A DNA stretch of 63,877 nucleotides, the filler included. It is 5 parts of 5 records of this genome, joined end to end, with 100 filler letters (N's around TTAATTAATTAA, not from the genome) between each part and the next. Parts side by side here need not be neighbours in the genome. Positions count along the whole stretch, not along the records: positions 41,697 to 63,877 come from SRR20825010_2944; 4 more parts are not named here. One strand, given 5' to 3'. The position numbers and the translations under genes were made by a program. The notes below the pieces were generated by a model, which saw only the letters and a list, made by a program, of their open reading frames with translations, ran no database searches and was not told the DNA's origin. Below, piece by piece: positions 54,247 to 63,877 of the stretch. The first letter of the stretch is position 1, and each line of letters opens with the position of its first letter.

Positions 54247-56577
54247 CTAGTGCTGCATGGGCTTTTGTTCAGGGTCTACCTGGGCGGATATGGCATCAAT
54301 CAGCATGTCATACTTGATTGGTTTACCCACAAAACCATTGATGCCGGCCTCCCGTGCCATTTGCTGGGTTTCAGGCGAGGTGCTTGCTGTCAGTGCGATC
54401 ACCGGGGTTTCCTTTGCCAGGCCAAGGCTGGTTTTGCGTCGGTTGAACTCAAAACCGTCCATATCCGGCAGGTTGATATCAAGGAGAATCACACCAAAGG
54501 TGTCATGCTGCAGTTTTTCGAGCGCTGACTGTCCGTCACCTGCAAAATAGAGCTGGGTAATGCCTGCTTTCAGAAGCATGCGGCGAACGATCTCCTGGTT
54601 CAGCTCAATATCCTCAATGCACAGGATCTTGATGTTTTTGAGGCCTATGGGGGTGGTATATGCTCCGCCACTACGGGTGGGCATTTTTGCTGGCGTGTCT
54701 GTTGAGACATGCAGAGGCAGGCGGAACCAGAAGCGGCTACCAGCCCCGACCGTGCTTTCGACCCCGATTTCACCATCAAGCGCTTCAACGATCTTGCGTG
54801 AAAAGGCGAGCCCGATGCCCGAGCCTTCCACGTCGCTTTGCTCCGCACCAAGGCGGGTGAAGGGCTCCCACAGCTTGTCCATATCCTCCTCCGCGATACC
54901 ACGCCCGCTGTCCACAACGCTGAAAAGCACATATTTGGCTTCAAGGGCAACTCTCACCGTGACTGTGCCTCCCCGGTGGTTATATTTCACCGCATTTGAC
55001 AGCAGGTTGAGAAGCACTTGCCGCAGCCTCGTGACGTCTGTCCATATCAGAGGAAGCTCCTCAAAAGCTGTGCCCTGGTAGTCGATTGTTACATGGCGGT
55101 CCCGTGCCAGAGCGTCCACCATCTTGATCGAAGCGTTCACAATCTCGCCCATGTGGGTCCGGCCATAATTGAAAGACAGCGCCCCAAGGTCGAGCTTGGC
55201 GAACTCAAGCACTTCGTCCACAAGGGCAAGCAGATGCTCACCGCTCGTCAATATATGACTGATTTGTTCTTTGTGCTCAGCGTTTGCCTGTACGCTCTTT
55301 TCGTCCAGCAGCAATTGTGAAAAGCCGATAACTGCGTTGAGGGGCGTCCGCAGTTCATGGCTCATTGAGGACAGAAAGATCATCTTGGCCTGATTGGCCT
55401 GTTCCGCCTGATCAAGCGCTTTAAGAACCTCAAGCTCTTGTGCGTGCCGCGTGCGGCGGTTCCGATGCTGCACATAGGAAAGAAGCAGGATCAGCAAAAT
55501 GGTGCAGGCCGCAAAAGACCGCATGGTAGCGACGCTTGTCTCCAGCACCCCGTAGGCTTCCATGCTCGCCATCTCGGTGGCGATCCCAAAGCCGAGCTCA
55601 CTGTCCCAAACCCAGGTGCCAATAACATTCTGGCCATAATAGTTTCTGTAGGGCGTCAGGCTGGTGCCCTTATCCCCTTTAATCGCGCTGGCTGCCATCA
55701 GTGTTGGTGGTTTGGCCGCCATATTGACCTCACTTGATCCGTCAAACGCATTAAATCCAGGGTCCCGCACCAGTATATTCAGTGTGCTGGTCTCGTTAGG
55801 CCCTAGAAGCCCCAGAAACCTGAGCCTGTCCAAAGCGCGGCTTTCGCTCAGCATGGTGCCTGTTTTATCAAAGGCATAAGTTTCACCGGTCTGGCCGGTC
55901 TGACCACGTTCAAAAATCGGCGAAAATTCACTTAAGGGGTTCATGCGTAGCGTGAACACGGCAATCACATCGCCCTGCCGGTTACGAATAGGCGCAAGGG
56001 AGAACATGGTGGGCGCAGCCCTGGAGACCACACCGCTGGCCCCAACCACAGGAACATCGGTTTGCAGCGGCGGCGTGATGGTCGGTGTACCGTTCACGGC
56101 GGTCGCAAACACCTCCGGTGCGTGAACGGCGATCAGGTTGGTGTCACCCACATTGCTGTCCCGCATGGAAGCGATGCTGGTGCCGTCCGGGGTAATGACA
56201 AAAAATCCGAGATAGCCATAGTTGGTCAGGATGCGTGAAACATGTGCACGAAGATCAGCAAGGGCGGACGCCTGCAGGAGCGCTTCGGTGCCCTCGATCG
56301 TCAAAAGCGACTCGGTCGCTTCGAGGATCTCTATGTTCTGGGAAATCGATGAGATATGCGCTGTATGAGTTTTATGCCAGGTATGCGCCGCCGTTTGGCT
56401 TTCGTTCAGAGTATTCTCAAGCGCGCCCTGAACCTGATCCTGAAGAACGTTGGTTAGGTTGTTTTCCTGCCATACCGCAAAAGCCGCGATGAGAACTGCA
56501 AGTATGAGCGGGGGCAGTATGGATCGCCAGGTACGCTTGGTCATAAAAGCTCTTATTATTTCCACGCCGACACTCAA
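54247..56577 (-). CDS. hybrid sensor histidine kinase (periplasmic Cache-like domain, HisKA, HATPase, receiver); start may be 56544
   Basis: Two TM helices, [31 protein letters not shown]; receiver motifs IED, LLDINLP, KP. Confidence 0.93.
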   Translation of the reverse strand: MSVGVEIIRAFMTKRTWRSILPPLILAVLIAAFAVWQENNLTNVLQDQVQGALENTLNESQTAAHTWHKTHTAHISSISQNIEILEATESLLTIEGTEALLQASALADLRAHVSRILTNYGYLGFFVITPDGTSIASMRDSNVGDTNLIAVHAPEVFATAVNGTPTITPPLQTDVPVVGASGVVSRAAPTMFSLAPIRNRQGDVIAVFTLRMNPLSEFSPIFERGQTGQTGETYAFDKTGTMLSESRALDRLRFLGLLGPNETSTLNILVRDPGFNAFDGSSEVNMAAKPPTLMAASAIKGDKGTSLTPYRNYYGQNVIGTWVWDSELGFGIATEMASMEAYGVLETSVATMRSFAACTILLILLLSYVQHRNRRTRHAQELEVLKALDQAEQANQAKMIFLSSMSHELRTPLNAVIGFSQLLLDEKSVQANAEHKEQISHILTSGEHLLALVDEVLEFAKLDLGALSFNYGRTHMGEIVNASIKMVDALARDRHVTIDYQGTAFEELPLIWTDVTRLRQVLLNLLSNAVKYNHRGGTVTVRVALEAKYVLFSVVDSGRGIAEEDMDKLWEPFTRLGAEQSDVEGSGIGLAFSRKIVEALDGEIGVESTVGAGSRFWFRLPLHVSTDTPAKMPTRSGGAYTTPIGLKNIKILCIEDIELNQEIVRRMLLKAGITQLYFAGDGQSALEKLQHDTFGVILLDINLPDMDGFEFNRRKTSLGLAKETPVIALTASTSPETQQMAREAGINGFVGKPIKYDMLIDAISAQVDPEQKPMQH

Positions 56578-56773
56578 CTATATCGCAAATAAGATGAAAG
56601 TATAGATTGTCCTTATACGTTACGGCATCTAGGGCGGTTCGGTAGCGTTTCATGAGGGCTTCGGGGCGGTTATTGATGCCAGAAATGTTATCGGGCGTGA
56701 GCTTTAACTCGCACACATTCCCGCTATCTTATGCTCGGCTTAAGCTTTTTCTTAAACTCAGGGATGCTCGACT

Positions 56774-57454
56774 ATGATCACGCTCTATACGGCTGCGACA
56801 CCAAACGGCTACAAAGCCTCAATCCTGCTTGAGGAACTGGGCGTGCTCTATGAACTCAAGGTTTTGAGCTTAAGCGACGGTGATCAGAAGAAAGACGGGT
56901 ATCTGACGATCAACCCGAACGGACGCATCCCCGCTATTGTGGATCACGAAAACGACGATTTTGCCGTGTTCGAATCAGGTGCAATCATGGTTTATCTGGC
57001 GGAAAAATATGGCAAGCTGCTGCCAAGTGATGTCAAAGGCCGTTCGGTTGTCATGCAGTGGCTGATGTTTCAGATGGGGGGTGTGGGGCCGATGCAGGGT
57101 CAGGCCAATGTGTTTTACCGGTACTTTCCGGAGAAAATTCCTGCGGTGATTGAACGGTATCAGAACGAAACACGCAGGCTCTATGGTGTGCTCGATAAGC
57201 GACTCCAAAACAGCCCATATCTAGCAGGGGATGAATACAGCATTGCGGACATTGCCAACTGGTGTTGGGTGCGTGCCCATGCCTGGGCGGGGGTGGAGCT
57301 TGATGGTCTTGATGCGCTGAAAGCATGGCTTGATAAAATTGGTGAACGAGATGCAGTGAAGGCGGGTTTGAATAAACCGCCACGGCCAGACCTGGGCCAG
57401 AAGGATGCGAGTGAGAAGTTTGTCAAAGCCGCACAGCAGATGCTGCAGCGGTAG
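56774..57454 (+). CDS. glutathione S-transferase / disulfide oxidoreductase (YfcG-like)
   Basis: [37 protein letters not shown]. Confidence 0.93.
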   Translation: MITLYTAATPNGYKASILLEELGVLYELKVLSLSDGDQKKDGYLTINPNGRIPAIVDHENDDFAVFESGAIMVYLAEKYGKLLPSDVKGRSVVMQWLMFQMGGVGPMQGQANVFYRYFPEKIPAVIERYQNETRRLYGVLDKRLQNSPYLAGDEYSIADIANWCWVRAHAWAGVELDGLDALKAWLDKIGERDAVKAGLNKPPRPDLGQKDASEKFVKAAQQMLQR

Positions 57455-57487
57455 AAACGGTATTATGAGGGATAAGGGAGAGACCTG

Positions 57488-58327
57488 ATGAAACAGATGA
57501 TGAAATGGGCTGCGGGTGCAGCAGCAGCGATGAGCCTGTCGGTAGCGGCGCTATCTGACGGGCACGAAAAAGATGCAATCTGGAAAGCCGTTCATGAGAA
57601 CAGCGCCCGTATGGAAGGTGAAGCCGCGCGCGATACGGCACGTCATCCGGAAGAGCTTCTGCGCTTTCTCGGCGTTACGCCTGACATGACGGTCGCGGAA
57701 GTGAACCCTGGCGGTGGCTGGTATAGCCGCATCCTTGGGCCTCTTCTCAAGGACGAAGGCCGCTATGTTGGCCTTGAGCACCACCCGGAAGAATATAAGG
57801 AATATGCAAACTATTCCGCCAACCTGAAAGCATACCCGGAGAAGTTCGAGGCCCAGCGCGATGTGTTTGGTCCAAACGCTGTCGCCACATGGATACCGGC
57901 GCAGGAAGGCCTGCCCGTGGAGGCTGAAAGCCTTGATGCCATCATCATCGTACGTGCCCTTCATAACTGGTTGCGGCGTGACTTTTTCGACCGGGGTTTT
58001 GACCAGGCGTGGTCCATGTTGAAACCGGGCGGTGTTATAGGTGTTGTGCAGCACCGCATTGGTGAAGACTTTGATGGTGACCGTCTGGCAGCGGCGGGCA
58101 AAGGCCGCTGGAAACAAAGCGAGCTGGTTGCGGCCATCGAGGCACACGGCTTCAAGCTTGTAGACGCGTCCGAAATGAACGCCAACCCGAAGGATGAAGC
58201 GAATTATCCGCAAGGTGTCTGGACACTGCCACCACGCCTCGCGCTTGGTGAAACGGACAAGGAAAAATATGAAGCCATCGGTGAAAGTGACCGCATGACG
58301 CTCAAGTTTATGAAAGTGGCTAAATAG
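57488..58327 (+). CDS. signal-peptide-bearing SAM methyltransferase-fold protein (COG4798-like)
   Basis: Signal peptide, RHP..LLRFLG, EVNPGGGWYS, HNW, LKPGG, GVWTLPP, IGESDRMTLKF. Confidence 0.85.
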   Translation: MKQMMKWAAGAAAAMSLSVAALSDGHEKDAIWKAVHENSARMEGEAARDTARHPEELLRFLGVTPDMTVAEVNPGGGWYSRILGPLLKDEGRYVGLEHHPEEYKEYANYSANLKAYPEKFEAQRDVFGPNAVATWIPAQEGLPVEAESLDAIIIVRALHNWLRRDFFDRGFDQAWSMLKPGGVIGVVQHRIGEDFDGDRLAAAGKGRWKQSELVAAIEAHGFKLVDASEMNANPKDEANYPQGVWTLPPRLALGETDKEKYEAIGESDRMTLKFMKVAK

Positions 58328-58331
58328 CCGG

Positions 58332-58949
58332 TTAGCTGAAATAGGCGGCGGCGGTATCCATCGCTGCATTCCAGTTGTCTTCTGCCGTATGGCCAGATGC
58401 TTTCCTTGGGCTCAGGTCATGATTACCATCCGGTGCCCAGTGCACCTGAAAGGTTGAAGGCAGGGATAAATCATCAACAAGAGCGCGGCCTCCAAAGGGG
58501 TCGCGCTCCCCTTGTATGACCAAAGTGGGTGCGATAATGGCGGGCAGATGCTCGGTTCGCAGCTTCTCGGGCTTTCCGGGCGGATGGAACGGGTACCCAA
58601 GGCACAAGAGACCATCGCAAATGTCTGGTGTTTCTGCAGCCAGCATACTGGCGATGCGGCCCCCCATGGACTTGCCACCAATAATTAGTTTACCCGTGCC
58701 GGGCACCTCAGAGATTGCGATACGGAACGCTTCCAGAAGTTTTGGCGCGCGGTCTGGCGGACGCTTTTTCCCGTCCTGTCGGCGGGTGACCATATAGGGA
58801 AACTCAAACCGTGCTACCCTAAAGCCCCGCTTTGCAAGGCCGGTGGCAAAGGCCACCATGAAATCGCTTTCCATGCCCGCGCCCGCGCCATGCGCAAACA
58901 AAAAGGTTCCTTTTTCACCCGTGCCGTCGATCAAAAAATCTGTCATCAT
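58332..58949 (-). CDS. alpha/beta hydrolase (KANL3/Tex30-like)
   Basis: AHGAGAG, GGKSMGGR, GYPFHPPGK, QGERDPFG, DGNH. Confidence 0.9.
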   Translation of the reverse strand: MMTDFLIDGTGEKGTFLFAHGAGAGMESDFMVAFATGLAKRGFRVARFEFPYMVTRRQDGKKRPPDRAPKLLEAFRIAISEVPGTGKLIIGGKSMGGRIASMLAAETPDICDGLLCLGYPFHPPGKPEKLRTEHLPAIIAPTLVIQGERDPFGGRALVDDLSLPSTFQVHWAPDGNHDLSPRKASGHTAEDNWNAAMDTAAAYFS

Positions 58950-59010
58950 GATATGGCTCCGTCACTGAAGGTGGCATGGTGGGCGCGAACAGTGGGACAG
59001 GAGTTGGGCA

Positions 59011-59532
59011 TTGGCAAACCTTTATTTGTTGCGACATGCGAAGTCTGATTGGGAAGATATGAGCGTCTCGGATCATGATCGCCCCTTAAGCCCGCGCGGT
59101 GTAAAAGCCGCCGCAAACATAGGACGTGCCCTTGCCCGCCAAGGTGTGGCACCAGAGATTGTGCTCTGTTCAACAGCGCTAAGGGCGCGTGAGACGCTTG
59201 ACCTGGTCATGCAGGCTGGTGAGCTGGCCTGGCCGGTCCAGTTTGAGCCTGCGTTATACGGTGCGAGCGTGCAGGCTATCCTAGACATTGTGCGCTCTGA
59301 TGCGGGCGCATTTCACCGCGCGTTGCTGGTGGGCCATAACCCCGGCTTTCACTATGTTGCACGGCATCTTGTTTACACAGGCGACGCGGAGCTCATGACG
59401 GCACTCGATTATAAATACCCGACGGGAACGTTTTCCGATATCGAGCTGCCAGACACCACACTTGCAGACATCACGCCGTCCACAGGCATACTGAAACAGT
59501 TTTTGCGGCCCCGGGACCAAACCAACGCTTAG
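59011..59532 (+). CDS. sixA: SixA-family phosphohistidine phosphatase
   Basis: LLRHAKS, DHDRPL, STALRARET, VGHNP. Confidence 0.88.
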   Translation: MANLYLLRHAKSDWEDMSVSDHDRPLSPRGVKAAANIGRALARQGVAPEIVLCSTALRARETLDLVMQAGELAWPVQFEPALYGASVQAILDIVRSDAGAFHRALLVGHNPGFHYVARHLVYTGDAELMTALDYKYPTGTFSDIELPDTTLADITPSTGILKQFLRPRDQTNA

Positions 59533-59680
59533 TTGCCTCACAACCCGGATAGTTATAGTGTAACCGTTGTGCGATCCACAGCGCCACAAGTATGAGCCAG
59601 ATGCACGAACGGGGAAATAGTGCTATCATGATGCTTGCGTGGGGCGAGGAAGTGCGGGGAGCAGTGAAGTGGAGGTCCTT

Positions 59681-60199
59681 ATGTATAAATTAATTCGTCC
59701 TGTCCTTATTGCGGCGTGTGCGCTGGGTTTTACGTCAGTGGCAAACGCAGACAAGCCGACTTCTGAAAGTGCAATGAAATTTGAGGTCCTGATGCGGGCC
59801 TCAACCAGTCTGGAGCGCGCTCATGGTCTGATCCTGACCGGTGATAGCGCAGGTGCGAGAAAAATCTACCTGCGCACGCTTAACAACGATCTCACCACGA
59901 TGCAGGCTGCCCGTGTGCACAACGGTCTTTGTGTGACCTATATCATGGACGAGGAATGGGAAAACGCGATGAAGCATTGCGATGCTGCTATTCGCATTGT
60001 TCCCAATAACTGGCGCTTCTATAACAACCGGGGCAATATCTACCTTGAGACGGGGGACTTTGACCGCGCCTACGAGCAGTATAAAGAGGGCCTGCGGTTC
60101 GCGCCTAAATCAATGATTATTCAGCACAATATAGATCTGGCCGATGGCCGCCGATCCGGTAGCCGTGATGGCAAGCCGCAGGATGCAAGGCCGATCTAG
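59681..60199 (+). CDS. exported TPR-repeat protein
   Basis: Signal peptide; TPR motifs HNGLC..., YNNRGNIY...A...P; GGAGG RBS before 59681. Confidence 0.85.
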   Translation: MYKLIRPVLIAACALGFTSVANADKPTSESAMKFEVLMRASTSLERAHGLILTGDSAGARKIYLRTLNNDLTTMQAARVHNGLCVTYIMDEEWENAMKHCDAAIRIVPNNWRFYNNRGNIYLETGDFDRAYEQYKEGLRFAPKSMIIQHNIDLADGRRSGSRDGKPQDARPI

Positions 60200-60220
60200 A
60201 AGCTGACGCCCTAACAGAGA

Positions 60221-60250
60221 AAGAGCCGTGCCTTATCAAGCACGGCTCTT
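60221..60250 (+). terminator. stem-loop after the TPR gene (weak U-tract)
   Basis: AAGAGCCGTGC, loop, GCACGGCTCTT. Confidence 0.65.
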
Positions 60251-60313
60251 CCCACTTATAAGAATGGGTGATATGACGGGCATGAGGATAGATTGGGAGA
60301 CAAACGCGTGCCT

Positions 60314-60973
60314 ATGGTAACGCGCCTTTGTGTGGCTTTTACATTGGTATTTCTTGCCGCGTGCGACCCCGTTGCGCGCGCTCCTGCTACGCCGAGTGCA
60401 ATTGTAGGCACCAGAGCGGTGATCCAGCGCCATGGGCAGGAGCTTTTTGCCGAAGTCACCAAAATCGCCGACAAGCTTGTCACCACCGAATATTTCTGGA
60501 ACGACGAACGTGTGGTTGTGCACAACTATTATCGTGGGCTCTATAACGTCAGCGGTATTGAGTTCGGCTACCAGTATGAAGCAGATTTTGACTATACCAC
60601 GCTCGAGCAATTGTTCCCCCTCAAGGTAGGCAAAGAGGTTAGCTTCAGCGGCAACACCAAAAATATCAACCGCGGCACGGCGATTGATTTCTGGACCAAT
60701 ATCCATGTGATTGGCGAAAAAACCATCCCGCTCTCGAGCGGAGACCGGAAGGTTTTTGTGGTTGATATTATTACTGAATATAGAAAAGGTAATGAAGCCA
60801 AACGCAAGACCAACACGGTCTATTATGACCCCGAGCTTTCAATGGTGCTGAAATCCGTGATCCACGAAGATGGCTACCAGAGTTATTGGCGTGCGGTTTC
60901 TGTAGAGTTGCCTGGTAACGCCCGCAAACCGTCATCCACACAGCAGCGCCGCGCAGGCACGGTAATGATCTAA
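60314..60973 (+). CDS. hypothetical beta-rich lipoprotein
   Basis: Lipobox LAAC; LFPLKVGK; YYDPEL. Confidence 0.7.
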   Translation: MVTRLCVAFTLVFLAACDPVARAPATPSAIVGTRAVIQRHGQELFAEVTKIADKLVTTEYFWNDERVVVHNYYRGLYNVSGIEFGYQYEADFDYTTLEQLFPLKVGKEVSFSGNTKNINRGTAIDFWTNIHVIGEKTIPLSSGDRKVFVVDIITEYRKGNEAKRKTNTVYYDPELSMVLKSVIHEDGYQSYWRAVSVELPGNARKPSSTQQRRAGTVMI

Positions 60974-60989
60974 ACCCATCGGTGAGCCT

Positions 60990-61370
60990 CTATAAGCTGT
61001 AGATCGCGCCGTCCCTGATCTCAACTGCAACAGCTCTCAGATGATCGCCCTTGCAGGGCCCGCGAAGACATTTCCCATCTTCAATATCAAAAAGTGCCCC
61101 GTGGGTGCGGCACAACAGCCGTTTGCCCGTGATATCAAGGAACTTGTCATCAAACATATTGAGCGGTGTGCCCGCGTGCGGGCAGCGGTTTTCATACACT
61201 ACGGCACTGTCGCCCAGGCGTTGCACCAAAAGCCTGAGCACAAGCGTACCGTCTCTGAACACCAGTTCTTTGCCGCCATGGATGGGCAGTCCGTCAAGGT
61301 GGGTCAGCAGTGTGCCAGCAGGTGGGCCTGCAGGCACATCTTCAAGCTCAAGGGGTGAAGGTTTGGGCAT
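60990..61370 (-). CDS. Rieske [2Fe-2S] ferredoxin
   Basis: CPHAG...CRTHGALF...C.RGPC. Confidence 0.92.
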   Translation of the reverse strand: MPKPSPLELEDVPAGPPAGTLLTHLDGLPIHGGKELVFRDGTLVLRLLVQRLGDSAVVYENRCPHAGTPLNMFDDKFLDITGKRLLCRTHGALFDIEDGKCLRGPCKGDHLRAVAVEIRDGAIYSL

Positions 61371-61385
61371 AAGGGACCGCTTGGC

Positions 61386-61793
61386 CTAAAGGCCACCTTT
61401 TGCACAGATCAGCTTCCAGCTCTCAGCATCAATCTCAGAAACCGAAAGCCGCGACTGGCGCACAAGCGCCAAGTGATGCAGGCGCTCGTCAGCTTTGATA
61501 TCCGCAAGGCTTACGGGTTTGGGCATCGGCTTCACGGCTTTCAGGTCCACAAGGCAAAAACGGCCTTTCTCGTCGGATGGGTCGTCATAAGGCCCCACGG
61601 CAACAATGCACAGGCCAACAATCTCCCGTGCTTTGCCGGAATGGTAGAAAAACACCTCATCGCCTTTCTTCATGGCGCGCATGTTTTTCTGTGCCTGATG
61701 GTTCCTGACCCCAGTCCAGGGTTCCTTGTCCACACCAAGCTGATCCTGCCACGACCAGTCTTCCGGTTCCGATTTCACCAGCCAATATGCCAT
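61386..61793 (-). CDS. EVE-domain protein
   Basis: MAYWLVKSEP, WTGVRNHQA, FFYHS, RQSRLSV. Confidence 0.95.
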   Translation of the reverse strand: MAYWLVKSEPEDWSWQDQLGVDKEPWTGVRNHQAQKNMRAMKKGDEVFFYHSGKAREIVGLCIVAVGPYDDPSDEKGRFCLVDLKAVKPMPKPVSLADIKADERLHHLALVRQSRLSVSEIDAESWKLICAKGGL

Positions 61794-61815
61794 GCCTGCC
61801 TCCGGTCCGTTCTGG

Positions 61816-62118
61816 TTAAGCCTTCTTGGGCACCCAATCGCCCAGCACGCCAAGCCAGTGCTGAATCTCAACACCCTCAAAAAGCCCGGCGGTTGCGTAT
61901 GGATCATTGTCCGCGAAAAGGCGCACAGCCCCTTCGGATGCTGCATCAATCACAATCATGCTGCCAATGGGTTTGGGCTCGTCTGCCCCGTCGAGAAGAG
62001 GGCCAGCCGCTTTCACCCTGTCGCCTGCGCCGCTCAGATATTTGAGATGCGCTTCCCTGTTGGCCATGCGCACTTCAAGGCTACCCGGTTTGTCTTTCGC
62101 CAGAATAACGAACAGCAT
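61816..62118 (-). CDS. YciI-family protein
   Basis: DKPG...R...R.AHL.YL, AGPLL, GSM, DPY. Confidence 0.92.
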   Translation of the reverse strand: MLFVILAKDKPGSLEVRMANREAHLKYLSGAGDRVKAAGPLLDGADEPKPIGSMIVIDAASEGAVRLFADNDPYATAGLFEGVEIQHWLGVLGDWVPKKA

Positions 62119-62134
62119 GGCTGTCTCCTCTTGG

Positions 62135-63127
62135 TCAGTTGTTTTCACTTGTGAAGGGGCGCGCCATCAAATCGTCCATTACGCGGCGCACATCCTTGCC
62201 TTCTTTCAAAATACGGTACACGGCTGTGGTGATCGGCATGTCGAGCTTCTTCTCCGCCGCGATTTTATAGACGATTTCAACCGTATGTGCGCCTTCCGCA
62301 ACGGAACGACGACCAGCCATGATCTCTTCAAGCGTCTGGCCTTCACCAATCGCTTTCCCGAGCGACATGTTGCGGGACTGGGTGCTCGAACAGGTCAGGA
62401 TCAGGTCACCAAGGCCGGAAAGGCCCATCAGCGTCTCTTCCCGTGCACCATAGAGCTTGCCAAAGCGCATAATCTCGGCAAGGCCACGGGTGATCACGGC
62501 CGCGCGTGCGTTTTCGCCGACCCCAAGCCCGGCTGAAATACCGGTCGCGATCGCCAGCACATTCTTGACCGCGCCACCAATCTGGGCACCAATAATATCC
62601 GAGTTATAATACGGGCGGAAGGTCGGGCGGCCGAGCGCTTCAACAAGTCTCATGCCGACAGTTTTATCCTCTGTCGCGAGCGTAAGGGCACACGGCAGGC
62701 CGCGTGCCACTTCAATCGCGAAGGTGGGGCCGGAAAGCACAGCAACCGGGTTCCTGGGTGCTTCTTCCGTAACAGCCTCGCTGAGCAGTTTACCTGTGGC
62801 GACTTCGATGCCTTTGGAGCAGATCACAAGCGGTACACCGTCTGGCACATGGGCCTTCAACTCGCGCACCATCGCGCGCAGGTGCTGCGCGGGCGACACC
62901 AGCAAAATAGCATCCCGGTCAGCCAAATCTTCAAGCGCGCCGGTTGCTTTCAGTTTTGGGTCGAGCGTTACACCCGGCAGGAAAGGTGTATTTTCATGGG
63001 TTTTGGTGATGGCGTCGACAACCTCAGCCTCACGCGCCCACAGTACCGTGTCGCGACCGGCGGCGGCTGCCGCAGCGGCGAGCGCCGTACCCCACGCACC
63101 TGCACCTAAAACACCAATTTTCTGCAC
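62135..63127 (-). CDS. gpsA: NAD(P)H-dependent glycerol-3-phosphate dehydrogenase
   Basis: GAGAWGTA, SKGIE, SGPTFA, KNVLAIA, GLGDLILTC, SRN. Confidence 0.97.
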   Translation of the reverse strand: MQKIGVLGAGAWGTALAAAAAAAGRDTVLWAREAEVVDAITKTHENTPFLPGVTLDPKLKATGALEDLADRDAILLVSPAQHLRAMVRELKAHVPDGVPLVICSKGIEVATGKLLSEAVTEEAPRNPVAVLSGPTFAIEVARGLPCALTLATEDKTVGMRLVEALGRPTFRPYYNSDIIGAQIGGAVKNVLAIATGISAGLGVGENARAAVITRGLAEIMRFGKLYGAREETLMGLSGLGDLILTCSSTQSRNMSLGKAIGEGQTLEEIMAGRRSVAEGAHTVEIVYKIAAEKKLDMPITTAVYRILKEGKDVRRVMDDLMARPFTSENN

Positions 63128-63191
63128 GCTTGCTCTCCTGCCTGAATTCTTGTTCTAGATTGCCCGCAACGGACCGCGCGGGCAAGGGTGC

Positions 63192-63877
63192 TTATGCTTT
63201 TGCGCCCTTTTTTCCTTTGCCCACCATAGGTTTGGCGTCACCATCCAGCGGCCAGCGTGGGCGGACAGAAACGTCCATGTCGTTGATGGTGGGGTCTATC
63301 ATAAAACGCTCCAACCCAGCCCAGGCGATCATGGCACCATTGTCTGTGCACAAGGCCATGGGCGGCGCGAAAAACTTGAGGTTTTCCCGGTTCGCAAGGG
63401 TTTCCAGCTCACTGCGCAGGTAACTGTTTGCCGCCACACCGCCCGCAACAACAAAGGGGAGTTCGCTCGACCCCGCTTCTACGCGGAAAAGGGCGATGGC
63501 ACGTGTCAGCCGATCAACAAGGCAGGCTGCCAGTGTTTTCTGGAAAGCGGCGCAGATATCAGCACGGTCTTTGTGGGTCAGCACACCCTCATTCGCCACG
63601 CAGTCTTCTGCCAACCGGCGCACCGCTGTCTTGAGGCCAGAGAAAGAAAAATCACAGCCGGGTTTCCCAACCATGGGCTTGGGCAGGGTGAAGCGCTTGG
63701 CGTCGCCCTCCCGCGCGGCAGCTTCAACGGCGGGGCCACCGGGGTAGCCAAGGCCCAAAAGCTTGGCGGTTTTGTCGAACGCTTCGCCTGCGGCGTCATC
63801 AATGGTGGTGCCAAGCCGGGTATAGTCGCCCACCCCGGTGACAGACAGGATCTGGCAATGCCCGCCGGATACCAGCA
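63192..63877 (-). CDS. tsaD: tRNA N6-threonylcarbamoyladenosine transferase (3' part)
   Basis: DDAAGEAFDK, GYPGG, FSFSGLKT, GGVAAN, TDNGAMIA. Confidence 0.97.
   Translation of the reverse strand, partial: LVSGGHCQILSVTGVGDYTRLGTTIDDAAGEAFDKTAKLLGLGYPGGPAVEAAAREGDAKRFTLPKPMVGKPGCDFSFSGLKTAVRRLAEDCVANEGVLTHKDRADICAAFQKTLAACLVDRLTRAIALFRVEAGSSELPFVVAGGVAANSYLRSELETLANRENLKFFAPPMALCTDNGAMIAWAGLERFMIDPTINDMDVSVRPRWPLDGDAKPMVGKGKKGAKA

Noticed and set aside
61386..61793. EVE domain as a modification-dependent anti-phage system
   Set aside because: Stand-alone EVE in the housekeeping tsaD-gpsA context, with no nuclease fusion or partner.

Overview
This window is not one genomic locus. It is five unrelated contigs joined by artificial 100-nt spacers (44 N + TTAATTAATTAA + 44 N), so gene neighbourhoods must not be read across the spacers. 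Taxon labels below are inferred from gene order and protein style, not from a search. (1) 1-19637, Marinobacter-like gammaproteobacterium: DamX-like AAA gene, aroB, aroK, pilQPONM, mrcA, malic enzyme, rpmE, priA, an inserted Ig-like-repeat lipoprotein, argS, a SPOR protein and the start of hslV. (2) 19738-24842, Rhodobacteraceae-like: phoR-pstSCAB with a triple Pho box. (3) 24943-38351, Limnobacter/Burkholderiales-like: DEAD-box helicase, dacB, a yqjD/E/K-like trio, ubiD, an SLT lytic transglycosylase, an aminotransferase, maeB, a patatin and a pabB-like fragment. (4) 38452-41596, Bacteroidota-like: a LytS/LytTR two-component pair converging on the 3' part of a divergent class I lanthipeptide dehydratase (LanB). 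(5) 41697-63877, Kordiimonas-like alphaproteobacterium: rpsA-ihfB-lapA-pyrF, rpmI-rplT-pheST, acs, accessory genes and tsaD-gpsA-yciI-EVE-Rieske. Most of the window is housekeeping. The best candidates for new biology are the truncated RiPP/LanB cluster with its regulator, a ~225-nt structured leader plus NrdR-box-like sites upstream of the lytic transglycosylase, the Ig-like lipoprotein insertion, and two candidate ribosomal-protein leader RNAs. No CRISPR array, rRNA, tRNA, transposase or phage gene was recognised.
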